Shown: piece after piece, positions 1 through 8,678 of the stretch | Numbering within the stretch: the first letter of the stretch is position 1 | How the letters are laid out: every line of letters begins with the position of its first letter | NCBI GenBank assembly: GCA_035603575.1 | Contig: DATNKD010000084.1 | Span: 2,116 to 66,115, forward strand | Length of the DNA stretch: 64,000 nt | Origin: Chthoniobacterales bacterium | GTDB lineage: Bacteria; Verrucomicrobiota; Verrucomicrobiia; Chthoniobacterales; UBA10450 | Direction of reading: 5' to 3' | Made by a program: the position numbers and the translations under genes | The notes under the pieces: model-generated | Databases searched by the model: none | Told to the model about the DNA's origin: nothing | Seen by the model: only the letters and a program-made list of their open reading frames with translations

Positions 1-878
1 AGCCCGAAGATGCGACGACGAACCCGAGTCTGGTTTATGCCGCCACCCAAAAGCAGCAATACACGCATCTGGTTGACGAGGTCTTAGCCGACCGCAAGAA
101 CTCGGGATTGAGCGGCCAGGCGCAAATCGAAGACATCTGCGATCATCTCCTCGTGCAATTTGGCACTGACATTCTTGAAATTGTGCCGGGACGCGTTTCG
201 ACCGAGACCGACGCGCGGTTGTCGTTCGATGTCGAAGGTTCGATCAAGAAAGCGCGGCAACTGATCAAGCTCTACCAGGAACGCAAAATTCCGCGCGAGC
301 GAGTGTTGATCAAGATCGCTTCAACCTGGGAGGGATTGAATGCCGCCGAGCAACTGCAAAAGGAAGGGATCAAATGCAATTTGACGCTGATGTTTTCGCT
401 GCCGCAAGCGGTGCGCGCAGCCGAAGCGAAGGTGCAGTTGATCTCGCCGTTCGTCGGCCGGATTTACGATTGGTATAAGAAAGAGAACAAACGCGATTAC
501 AGCGGCCCGGAAGATCCGGGCGTGCAATCAGTCCAGGAAATTTATTCCTACTACAAAAAGTTCGGTCACAAAACCGAGGTGATGGGAGCGAGCTTCCGTA
601 ACGTCGGACAAATCCGGGAATTGGCCGGTTGCGACGCGCTCACAATCAGCCCCGAGTTAATGAAGGAGCTTGCCGAATCGGAAGCGCCGCTCGAGCGCAA
701 ACTCGATCCCGAAAAAGCGAAGGCCGTGAAGATCGACAAGTTGGAGATGGACGAGAAAAAATTCCGATGGCTGCTGAACGAGAACGCGATGGCGTACGAG
801 AAGACGGGTGAGGGCATCCGCAAATTCGCCGCTGACGTGGTGAAGCTGGAGAAATTCGTCGCCAGCAAACTCAAATAA
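1..878 (+). CDS. tal: Transaldolase (TalB type), 5' end cut by window edge
   Basis: The frame is open from nt 3 ([16 protein letters not shown]...) and runs into listed ORF 108..878. Blocks [34 protein letters not shown] and GASFRN match classical transaldolase B. Confidence 0.9.
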   Translation, partial: PEDATTNPSLVYAATQKQQYTHLVDEVLADRKNSGLSGQAQIEDICDHLLVQFGTDILEIVPGRVSTETDARLSFDVEGSIKKARQLIKLYQERKIPRERVLIKIASTWEGLNAAEQLQKEGIKCNLTLMFSLPQAVRAAEAKVQLISPFVGRIYDWYKKENKRDYSGPEDPGVQSVQEIYSYYKKFGHKTEVMGASFRNVGQIRELAGCDALTISPELMKELAESEAPLERKLDPEKAKAVKIDKLEMDEKKFRWLLNENAMAYEKTGEGIRKFAADVVKLEKFVASKLK

Positions 879-1082
879 CCGCGGATTGCGCGGATTTAGA
901 CGGATCGGAAAGATCTGGAATCCAGGAATCCCGGAAACGAGAACTGAATTAGGAGAACAGGAACGCAGGAAGGGACCTCAGCAGCGGCATGGTTGCCTGA
1001 TTTTCAGATTAAAATTCCGTTTTCCTGCTTTCCTATCTTCCTGATTCAATCCGAATCCGCGACATCCGCGTAATCCGCGGTT
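877..1082. repeat. About 205 bp imperfect palindromic element filling the tal-trmL spacer
   Basis: Terminal arms AACCGCGGATTGCGCGGAT (877-895) and ATCCGCGTAATCCGCGGTT (1064-1082) are 18/19 complementary. The interior halves (ggaatccaggaa.../...ttcctgctttcct) are also roughly complementary. Confidence 0.7.
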
Positions 1083-1090
1083 GAAATTTT

Positions 1091-1561
1091 GTGTTTAATG
1101 TCGTTTTAGTTGAGCCGGAGATTCCGCCGAATACCGGGAACGTCGGTCGGCTTTGTCTCGCGACGAAATCGACATTGCACCTGGTGAAGCCGCTCGGTTT
1201 TTCGCTGGATGATCGACAACTGAAGCGCGCCGGTCTCGATTACTGGGAAGATGTCGATCTAAAAGTATGGGAGTCGTTGCAATCGACGCTCACCGAAGCG
1301 AAGCGGTCGGACTGCCGCTGTTTCTTCGTAACGACCAAGACAAAGCGAGCTTACTGGGAGGTTCAATTCCAGGCCGGTGATTTTTTGATTTTCGGGCGGG
1401 AAACCAAGGGATTGCCCGAGAGCCTGCTAGCGGCGAACGAGCCCCGGTGCATCACCATTCCAATGGCGGGCACACGGAGTTTGAACCTGGCCACAGCCGT
1501 CGGAATTGTGCTTTTTGAGGCAATCCGACAGCAACACCTCCTGCGAACTGGTGTTGAATAG
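1091..1561 (+). CDS. trmL: tRNA (cytidine/uridine-2'-O-)-methyltransferase TrmL (SpoU family)
   Basis: The N-terminus VVLVEPEIPPNTGNVGRLC, plus KRAGLDYW and SLNLATAVGIVLFEA, closely parallels E. coli TrmL/YibK. GTG start. Confidence 0.85.
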   Translation: MFNVVLVEPEIPPNTGNVGRLCLATKSTLHLVKPLGFSLDDRQLKRAGLDYWEDVDLKVWESLQSTLTEAKRSDCRCFFVTTKTKRAYWEVQFQAGDFLIFGRETKGLPESLLAANEPRCITIPMAGTRSLNLATAVGIVLFEAIRQQHLLRTGVE

Positions 1562-1610
1562 TTAACGGTCTTAAGATGTCTAACTAACCCAGGAGGCAAT
1601 AGAATCTATT

Positions 1611-2528
1611 ATGAGAATCCTTTTAGTTTTAACCTGTTGTTTCGGGCTCGCGTTTTTTGCAGGCGCAGCTCAGCAGGACGATCAAGGTCAGAATCAGGGA
1701 AAGAAAAAGGGCGGCGGCAATGCGCCGGCGCAGCAAGTGACGACGCAACAGACCGGCAAAGTTTATAAAGCCGGTCCAGGCGGTGGTCCTCACCACACGA
1801 ACGTTCAGCAACCATCCACGGTAGGTAATTACAAGGCCACGGGTAAAAACAACAAGAAGTGGCAGGCCGGCGGGAATCCAACGGACGTTTCTGGAAATGT
1901 GTCGGGCGACGCGAACGTGAAGACCAAGCTAGGAAAGAACAAGTTCTCTTCGCAAACAAACGTTTCTGATAACGCGGCCAGTACCAAATTCAACAAGGGC
2001 AAGTTCTCTTCACAGACAAACGTGGGGGGAAACGTCAAATTCCAGAAGAAACACTTCGATCTGTCGAACAATCCGAACCCGAAATACAAGGCGGTGAAGT
2101 TCAACGGCAACTATCAAATTGCTGGGGCCAAAAATTGGAAGGGCTCGAAGTATGTTGTGTTCCAGAACTATCATCCGCAATGGCATGACCAGTATTGGTG
2201 GACGTCACATCACAATCACATCGTCTTCGTCTTCGGCTCGCCTTATTACTGGGACACGGGCTACTGGTATCCTTGTTGGGGATATAATCCGGGCGCAACG
2301 TTCTATTTCGACGGACCGATTTACGCCTCGAATCCAGAATACGATCCCGGCCAAGTTGTAGCGAACGTGCAGTCCGCACTTCAGGAACAGGGGTACTATC
2401 AGGGCGAAATCGACGGCATCCTCGGACCACAAACGCGCGCGGCGCTGGCGGAGTATCAATCCGCACAGGGTCTTGAGGCAACGGGCGCGGTGGACGAGCC
2501 GACGTTGGAAACGCTCGGAATGGTGTAA
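1611..2528 (+). CDS. Secreted protein with C-terminal peptidoglycan-binding (PG_binding_1-like) domain
   Basis: Signal peptide MRILLVLTCCFGLAFFAGAA. Internal KFSSQTNV repeats. C-terminal QGYYQGEIDGILGPQTRAALAEYQ motif. Confidence 0.7.
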   Translation: MRILLVLTCCFGLAFFAGAAQQDDQGQNQGKKKGGGNAPAQQVTTQQTGKVYKAGPGGGPHHTNVQQPSTVGNYKATGKNNKKWQAGGNPTDVSGNVSGDANVKTKLGKNKFSSQTNVSDNAASTKFNKGKFSSQTNVGGNVKFQKKHFDLSNNPNPKYKAVKFNGNYQIAGAKNWKGSKYVVFQNYHPQWHDQYWWTSHHNHIVFVFGSPYYWDTGYWYPCWGYNPGATFYFDGPIYASNPEYDPGQVVANVQSALQEQGYYQGEIDGILGPQTRAALAEYQSAQGLEATGAVDEPTLETLGMV

Positions 2529-2546
2529 AGAAGTTTAGATTCTGAG

Positions 2547-2581
2547 AAATCGCCGCGGAGTTTTCCGCGGCGATTTTTTTT
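2547..2581 (+). terminator. Rho-independent terminator after 1611..2528
   Basis: AAATCGCCGCGG-agtttt-CCGCGGCGATTT forms a 12 bp perfect stem and is followed by a T run. Confidence 0.75.
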
Positions 2582-2614
2582 ACGTAGACTAAGAGGAAGA
2601 AGTAGAGGAAGAAT

Positions 2615-2781
2615 CTTGCACGATGTCGATCTTGGCTCGCTGTCATTCCGAGCGCAAGCGAGGAATCTCCCAATCGAAGCGAAGATCACGCTAATTTAAT
2701 TGTGTGGCGAATCGTGTTTGTGGGAGATCCTTCGCTCCGCTCAGGATGACCCTATTGCCCTTGCACGATGGCGATCTTGGC
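2615..2781. repeat. MITE-like unit: 22 bp direct repeats bracketing an inverted pair of about 30 nt GTCATYCYGAGCG...GGATCTCCCA units
   Basis: Direct repeats are CTTGCACGATGTCGATCTTGGC (2615-2636) and CTTGCACGATGGCGATCTTGGC (2760-2781). Inverted units are GTCATTCCGAGCGCAAGCGAGGAATCTCCCA (2642-2672) and TGGGAGATCCTTCGCTCCGCTCAGGATGAC (2721-2750). Confidence 0.6.
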
Positions 2782-2788
2782 GGAGTAA

Positions 2789-3457
2789 TTGTCCGTGCAG
2801 CCGCAGCTGATCGCCCGCGATTTATTCCAATCTTTCCGGATGGGTTCGCGCCGGATCGAGGTCTTGCGCGGCATCTCGATCGAAGTCGCGCCCGGCGAAA
2901 TCATTTTCATTTGCGGCGCGTCGGGCGCGGGAAAAACAACGCTGCTTTACACGCTGGCTGGGCTGGAGCGACCGGAATCGGGCACGGTGGAATTTGAAGG
3001 GCGCAATCTTTACAACGGTCCGGCAGCTGCCGGAGCGCGCTTTCGCAACAAAAAGATGGGTTTCGTGTTCCAAGGCTACTTTTTGTTGCCGGAACTGACC
3101 GCGCTCGAAAATGTTTCGCTCCCGGGAATGATCGGCCGGACATCGACAGAAAAAGCGGCCGAAGAAAGTCTGGCCGCGGTCGGTTTGGCGGATCGGATGC
3201 AACATTTGCCGGCGGAACTTTCGGGAGGGGAACAGCAACGCGTGGCGATTGCGCGCGCGTTGACGAATGATCCCGATATTATTTTTGCGGATGAGCCTAC
3301 CGGCAATCTCGACTCCGCGACCGGCGAGGCGATTGTCGATCTTTTGTTGAACCTCGCTCGCGAACGCAAGAAAAGTTTGCTGATTGTCACCCATGACACC
3401 GGCCTTGCCACGCGAGGCGACCGTGAGCTGCACATCAAGGATGGCCGGCTCCAATAA
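2789..3457 (+). CDS. ABC transporter ATP-binding protein (LolD/FtsE/MacB-type)
   Basis: Walker A GASGAGKTT, signature LSGGEQQRVAIARAL, Walker B IIFADEPTGNLD. TTG start. Confidence 0.85.
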   Translation: MSVQPQLIARDLFQSFRMGSRRIEVLRGISIEVAPGEIIFICGASGAGKTTLLYTLAGLERPESGTVEFEGRNLYNGPAAAGARFRNKKMGFVFQGYFLLPELTALENVSLPGMIGRTSTEKAAEESLAAVGLADRMQHLPAELSGGEQQRVAIARALTNDPDIIFADEPTGNLDSATGEAIVDLLLNLARERKKSLLIVTHDTGLATRGDRELHIKDGRLQ

Positions 3458-3517
3458 AGCGGTCAGCATTTTGTCCCTTGAATTGCGCGACGAAAGACGG
3501 AGATTTTTCGTGCAATT

Positions 3518-4486
3518 ATGAAAACCACTAATGCTGGCGGGACGGTGATCGACGAACCTAAATCACGCGAAGCGGTAAAACCGGCGGTCGATAAACGCAC
3601 CGCGGCGAAGGTTTCGCAGATTTATGTCGACGGGAAATTTTATGCGGAGGCCGATGCCAAAGTTTCCGTGTTCGATCACGGCCTGCTTTATGGCGATGGA
3701 ATCTTTGAGGGGATCCGTTTTTACAACGGCCGCGTTTTTCGACTGGATGAGCACCTCGAGCGGCTTTGGGATTCGGCCCGCTCCATTTTGTTGGAAATAC
3801 CGATGTCGCAGCGGGCGATGACCGAAGCGCTGCTGGAGACGATTCGGCAAAACGATTTGCGGGAAGGTTACATTCGTCTGCTGGTAACGCGCGGTGTTGG
3901 CAACCTTGGTTTGAATCCGGAGCAGTGCAAAACGCCGAGCGTGATCATCATCACCGCTCAAATCACGCTTTATCCTGAGGCGGTTTATCGAAATGGACTC
4001 AGCGTGGTCACGTGCGCCACGCGCCGGACAAATCCGAGCGCGCTCAATCCGGCGGTCAAATCGCTCAATTATTTGAACAACGTGATGGCGCGGATTGAGG
4101 CCAACCTCGCCAAGGCCGATGAAGCGCTGATGTTAAACGACGAGGGCAATGTGGCGGAATGCACGGCCGACAACGTCTTCATCGTTAAACGCGGCCAAAT
4201 TTTCACGCCGCCGATCACCGCCGGCGCATTGCGCGGGATTACCCGCTCGGTCGTGTTCGAAATCGCCGCCGAGACCGGAATTAAAGTGACCGAAGCTGAC
4301 ATTACGCGTCACGATGTTTTCATTGCGGACGAAGCTTTTCTCACCGGCACGGCCGCGGAGATTATTCCGGTGGTCAAAGCCGACGGCCGTCCGATTGGCA
4401 CAGGCAAACCCGGCCCGATTACGGCGCGGATGATTGCGCGATTCCGGGAAATGACGAGAGAGACCGGGACGCCGATTTATTCGTAA
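3518..4486 (+). CDS. ilvE: Branched-chain amino acid aminotransferase (class IV PLP enzyme)
   Basis: Class IV aminotransferase pattern: FDHGLLYGDGIFEGIR, YIRLLVTRG, NYLNNVMA and FLTGTAAEIIPV. The roughly 35 aa N-terminal extension makes the start uncertain. Confidence 0.85.
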   Translation: MKTTNAGGTVIDEPKSREAVKPAVDKRTAAKVSQIYVDGKFYAEADAKVSVFDHGLLYGDGIFEGIRFYNGRVFRLDEHLERLWDSARSILLEIPMSQRAMTEALLETIRQNDLREGYIRLLVTRGVGNLGLNPEQCKTPSVIIITAQITLYPEAVYRNGLSVVTCATRRTNPSALNPAVKSLNYLNNVMARIEANLAKADEALMLNDEGNVAECTADNVFIVKRGQIFTPPITAGALRGITRSVVFEIAAETGIKVTEADITRHDVFIADEAFLTGTAAEIIPVVKADGRPIGTGKPGPITARMIARFREMTRETGTPIYS

Positions 4487-4565
4487 GATCGACATCGGCG
4501 CGAAAGGTGCTCGATAAATTCGCAGCTTGAATGGTTTAAGCGTGTAACAGGTCTAATGTGTAGAA

Positions 4566-5057
4566 ATGTTGTGCGACGTTTGTAAATGCAATGACGCGAC
4601 CGTCTTCCTGACTCAAATCATTGAGGGGAAGATGCAGAAGGTGAATCTCTGCGACGCGTGCTCGAAAGACAAAGGCGTCCAGGACCCGACTGGTTTTGCG
4701 CTCGCGGATTTGCTCCTCGGCATCGGCGCGGCGGAGGAAATTGAAAAGGGGGGCTCGACCCAGCGCTGCCCGGTTTGCGGTTTTACCCAGGCCGATTTCA
4801 AAAAGACGGGCCGTCTCGGCTGCAGCGCCTGTTACGCGACCTTTACCGAAGCGTTAACCGCACTATTGAAAGCAATGCACAAAGGGACAGCGCATGTCGG
4901 CAAGGTTCCGCAACGGGCGCATCGCGCGGGAGAGTTGAGCGATAAGATGCGCAATTTGAACGAAAGCCTGCAAAAAGCAGTGGCGGAAGAAAATTACGAG
5001 ACGGCCGCGTCGTTGCGCGACCAAATCAAACAACTCGAGAGCGAACTAGCGACTTAG
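4566..5057 (+). CDS. mcsA: McsA-like protein-arginine kinase activator (Cys-rich N-terminus plus UVR motif)
   Basis: CDVCKC...CDAC and CPVCG...CSAC zinc-finger pairs. C-terminal UVR-like EENYETAASLRDQIKQLE. Sits immediately upstream of mcsB. Confidence 0.8.
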   Translation: MLCDVCKCNDATVFLTQIIEGKMQKVNLCDACSKDKGVQDPTGFALADLLLGIGAAEEIEKGGSTQRCPVCGFTQADFKKTGRLGCSACYATFTEALTALLKAMHKGTAHVGKVPQRAHRAGELSDKMRNLNESLQKAVAEENYETAASLRDQIKQLESELAT

Positions 5058-5061
5058 AACC

Positions 5062-6183
5062 GTGAAATTTTCGAATGTCATGTCGAACGCCGGAGAATGG
5101 CTCCGTGGCGAGGGACCGCATCATCAAATCGTAGTCAGCAGCCGGGTGCGGCTCGCGCGTAACTTGCGCGACCGCGCTTTTCCCGGTTGGGCGAAGAAAG
5201 CCGAGCGCACTGCGATTCTTGAGCTGATTAAACCGCACGTAGAAAAACTTCCCGAAATGCAGGATTCATTTTCGGAATTGCTGCAGGACCTTTCCGCGTT
5301 GGAAAAACAGGTGTTGGTCGAGCGCCACCTCATCAGTCGCGAGCACGCGGCCAAAAGCGCCGGCAGCGCAGTGATCATGAATCGCCGGCAAACGCTCAGC
5401 ATCATGATCAACGAGGAAGATCATCTCCGGATGCAATCAATGCGCTCGGGTCTGCAACTGAAACAAGCCTTCAAACTTCTCGATAGGATCGACACCGCGC
5501 TCGAGAACGAGCTCGAATTCGCCTACGACCAGCGCCTTGGTTATCTGACCGCCTGCCCAACGAATGTCGGCACCGGTATGCGCGCGTCCGCGATGCTCCA
5601 TTTGCCCGGTTTGGTCCTGAGCGAGCTGATCAATCAAGTGGTTCAAGCGGTGAGCAAGATCGGTCTGGCCGTGCGCGGTCTTTATGGCGAAGGCACCGAA
5701 GCGATGGGAAATCTTTTCCAAATTTCCAACCAGACCACGCTCGGCGAAAAGGAAGACGAGATTATCGCCCGGCTCACCAAAGTCATCGAGACGATCATCG
5801 AAAAGGAACACGACGCGCGGCAGGTTTTGATTCAAAAGAAATCGAACACGCTTTGGGACCAGATCGGCCGCGCCTATGGCGTTCTAACTTACGCGCATGC
5901 GATGAGCTCGAAAGAGGCGCTCAATTTGTTGTCCATCATCAAGCTCGGCATCGATCTAAACGTCTTTCCGGAAGAGAAGCGGCTGCCAATCGATGAATTG
6001 TTCATGGACACGCAGCCGGCGCATCTCCAAAAAAGTTCGCAGCAAAAACTCAACGCCGAGGAACGCGACCATCTTCGCGCGCAAATTATCCGGGCGCGTT
6101 TGAAAGTGCTCCCCAAACCTGATATCAGTAAGCTGGCGATGGACTCCGGCAACGGCTCGAGTGCGGCGCCATCGGAACAATGA
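5062..6183 (+). CDS. mcsB: Protein arginine kinase McsB (ATP:guanido phosphotransferase)
   Basis: EEDHLRMQ, GYLTACPTNVGTGMRASAMLHLPGL and GLYGEG are guanido-kinase catalytic blocks. Confidence 0.9.
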   Translation: MKFSNVMSNAGEWLRGEGPHHQIVVSSRVRLARNLRDRAFPGWAKKAERTAILELIKPHVEKLPEMQDSFSELLQDLSALEKQVLVERHLISREHAAKSAGSAVIMNRRQTLSIMINEEDHLRMQSMRSGLQLKQAFKLLDRIDTALENELEFAYDQRLGYLTACPTNVGTGMRASAMLHLPGLVLSELINQVVQAVSKIGLAVRGLYGEGTEAMGNLFQISNQTTLGEKEDEIIARLTKVIETIIEKEHDARQVLIQKKSNTLWDQIGRAYGVLTYAHAMSSKEALNLLSIIKLGIDLNVFPEEKRLPIDELFMDTQPAHLQKSSQQKLNAEERDHLRAQIIRARLKVLPKPDISKLAMDSGNGSSAAPSEQ

Positions 6184-8648
6184 ACAATTTTACTCCTCGC
6201 GCCCAACAGGTCTTGCAGCTCGCTCGCAAAGAAGCCGACCGCTTCAATCACAATTATGTCGGCACCGAGCATCTGTTGCTCGGATTGATCAAGCTCGGCC
6301 AGGGCGTCGCGGTCAACGTTCTCCAGAAAATGGGACTCGATCTCGAGACCGTGCGCATGGAAGTCGAGAAGCAAGTCGGCTCCGGTCCGGAAACGAAAAT
6401 TGTCGGCAACATTCCTTACACGCCGCGCGTGAAAAAAGTTTTGGCGCTCGCCGGCAAGGAAGCGAAGGCGCTTAATCATTCCTACGTCGGCACCGAACAC
6501 ATTTTGCTCGGCCTGCTTCGCGAAGGCGAAGGCGTCGCCGCACGGGTCCTCAAGAGCCTGGAGATCGACATCGAACGCACGCGCAACGAGATCTTAAAAG
6601 AACTCGATCCAAATTTCACGCCGTCGGAAGCTGAAGAAGGCGAGCCGACTTCAAAGAAGGATGTCAAAACTCCGGCGCTGCGCGCGTTCGGCCGTGACCT
6701 GACCGAGCTGGCCAAGAAAGGCGAGCTCGATCCCGTCATTGGACGCCGCAACGAAATCGAGCGCGTGATTCAGGTGCTCTGCCGGCGCACGAAAAATAAT
6801 CCGGTGCTGATCGGTGAGGCTGGCGTCGGTAAGACCGCGATCGCGGAAGGTCTCGCACAAGAAATTGCGAGCGGCAATGTGCCCGAGCTCTTGCGCGACA
6901 AGCGCGTGGTCACGCTCGATCTCGCGTTAATGGTCGCGGGCACAAAGTATCGCGGCCAATTCGAAGAGCGCATCAAGGCGGTGATGGACGAAATTCGCCG
7001 TTCCAAAACCGTCATTCTTTTCATTGACGAGTTGCACACGATTGTCGGCGCTGGTTCAGCCGAGGGTGCGATGGACGCGTCGAACATCATTAAGCCGGCG
7101 CTGAGTCGCGGCGAATTGCAATGCGTCGGTGCGACCACAATGAACGAGTATCGCAAATACATCGAGAAGGACGCTGCGCTCGAGCGCCGGTTCCAAACCG
7201 TGAAAGTCGATGCCCCGACCGTTGACGAAGCGATTGAGATTTTGAAAGGACTACGTCCGAAGTACGAAGCGCATCACAAAGCCAAATTGACCGACGAAGC
7301 GCTCGAGACCGCCGTGAAGTTTTCCGAGCGCTATATCACTGGACGTTTTCTGCCTGACAAAGCGATCGACGTCATGGATGAGGCCGGAGCCCGCGCCCGG
7401 ATTAACTCGATGACGCGGCCGCCGGATGTGAAGGAAATCGAGAAGGACATCGAACAAATTCGCCTGCAAAAAGAAGCCGCAATTAAAGCGCAGGATTTCG
7501 AAAAGGCCGCTGCGCTTCGTGACAAGGAAAAGCAGACCAAGGAAAAACTCGATTCCATTTTGCAGAAATGGCGTCAGGAGCGCGAAGAAAAGGAAGTGCT
7601 CGTCACTGCCGACGACATGATGCACATCATTTCGAAAGTGACCGGCGTTCCGCTCCAGCGAATGGAGCAGGCCGAGACCGAGAAGCTCCTCAAAATGGAA
7701 GAGGAGTTGAAAGGCAAAGTGATTGGTCAGGACGAAGCCGTCACCGCGATCTCCAAAGCGTTGCGCCGCAGCCGGGCCGACCTGAAAGATCCGCGGCGGC
7801 CGATCGGTTCGTTCATTTTCCTCGGGCCGACTGGAGTCGGCAAAACGTTTCTCGCCCAGAAGCTCGCCGAATTCATGTTCGGCGACCGCGACGCACTGAT
7901 TCAGATCGACATGTCTGAGTACATGGAAAAATTCACCGCCTCGCGTCTGATTGGATCGCCACCGGGTTACGTGGGCTACGAGGAAGGCGGTCAGCTTTCC
8001 GAAGCGGTCCGGCGCCGGCCGTATTCGGTTGTGCTTTTCGACGAAATCGAGAAAGCGCATCCGGACGTGATGCATCTCCTCCTCCAAATTCTCGAAGAAG
8101 GCAAAATCACCGACTCGTTAGGCCGAAAGATCGATTTTCGGAACACGATCATCATCATGACGTCGAACGTTGGGGCCGAGCTGCTCAAGAAACAGACAAC
8201 GATGGGTTTCGGCGCGCCGCGTGAAGGACACGATTACGATTCGATGCGGGAAAAGATTTTGGAGGAGACCAAGCGCATCTTTAAACCGGAGTTTCTCAAT
8301 CGCCTCGACGAGATCACCGTCTTCCACTCGCTCGAGAAGTCGCATCTCCTTCAGATTGTCGATCTTGAGGTGGAAAAGGTGAAAGTTCGCCTCAAAGCCA
8401 AGGAAGTGGAGATTATTCTCGACAACCTGGCGCACGAGTTCGTGATCGAAAAAGGTTACGATCCGAATTACGGCGCGCGGCCGATGCGGCGGGCGGTGGA
8501 GCGTTTTCTCGAAGATCCGCTCGCGGAAGAAATTCTGCGCGGCAACGTCAAAGCTGGCGCCAAGGTTCAGGTCAGCGCAAAAGATGGAAAACTTGTTTTC
8601 CAAACCGAGGTGACGAAAAAGAAACTGGCGGAGCCGATCGCTGACTAA
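6180..8648 (+). CDS. clpC: ATP-dependent Clp protease ATP-binding subunit ClpC
   Basis: Two Clp_N repeats ([11 protein letters not shown] twice), two AAA+ modules ([17 protein letters not shown]), and a UVR-like linker. Overlaps the mcsB stop. Confidence 0.95.
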   Translation: MNNFTPRAQQVLQLARKEADRFNHNYVGTEHLLLGLIKLGQGVAVNVLQKMGLDLETVRMEVEKQVGSGPETKIVGNIPYTPRVKKVLALAGKEAKALNHSYVGTEHILLGLLREGEGVAARVLKSLEIDIERTRNEILKELDPNFTPSEAEEGEPTSKKDVKTPALRAFGRDLTELAKKGELDPVIGRRNEIERVIQVLCRRTKNNPVLIGEAGVGKTAIAEGLAQEIASGNVPELLRDKRVVTLDLALMVAGTKYRGQFEERIKAVMDEIRRSKTVILFIDELHTIVGAGSAEGAMDASNIIKPALSRGELQCVGATTMNEYRKYIEKDAALERRFQTVKVDAPTVDEAIEILKGLRPKYEAHHKAKLTDEALETAVKFSERYITGRFLPDKAIDVMDEAGARARINSMTRPPDVKEIEKDIEQIRLQKEAAIKAQDFEKAAALRDKEKQTKEKLDSILQKWRQEREEKEVLVTADDMMHIISKVTGVPLQRMEQAETEKLLKMEEELKGKVIGQDEAVTAISKALRRSRADLKDPRRPIGSFIFLGPTGVGKTFLAQKLAEFMFGDRDALIQIDMSEYMEKFTASRLIGSPPGYVGYEEGGQLSEAVRRRPYSVVLFDEIEKAHPDVMHLLLQILEEGKITDSLGRKIDFRNTIIIMTSNVGAELLKKQTTMGFGAPREGHDYDSMREKILEETKRIFKPEFLNRLDEITVFHSLEKSHLLQIVDLEVEKVKVRLKAKEVEIILDNLAHEFVIEKGYDPNYGARPMRRAVERFLEDPLAEEILRGNVKAGAKVQVSAKDGKLVFQTEVTKKKLAEPIAD

Positions 8649-8678
8649 AACGTCGCGAGCTACCGGTCCGTCGTCTGA

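Noticed and set aside
4495-4565. CtsR operator or CIRCE element upstream of mcsA
   Set aside because: Neither the GGTCAAA direct repeat nor TTAGCACTC-N9-GAGTGCTAA is present. Only a weak TTGAAT/TCTAAT sigma-70-like pair occurs, with poor spacing.
7251-8087. 278 aa minus-strand ORF
   Set aside because: It is an antisense shadow inside clpC.
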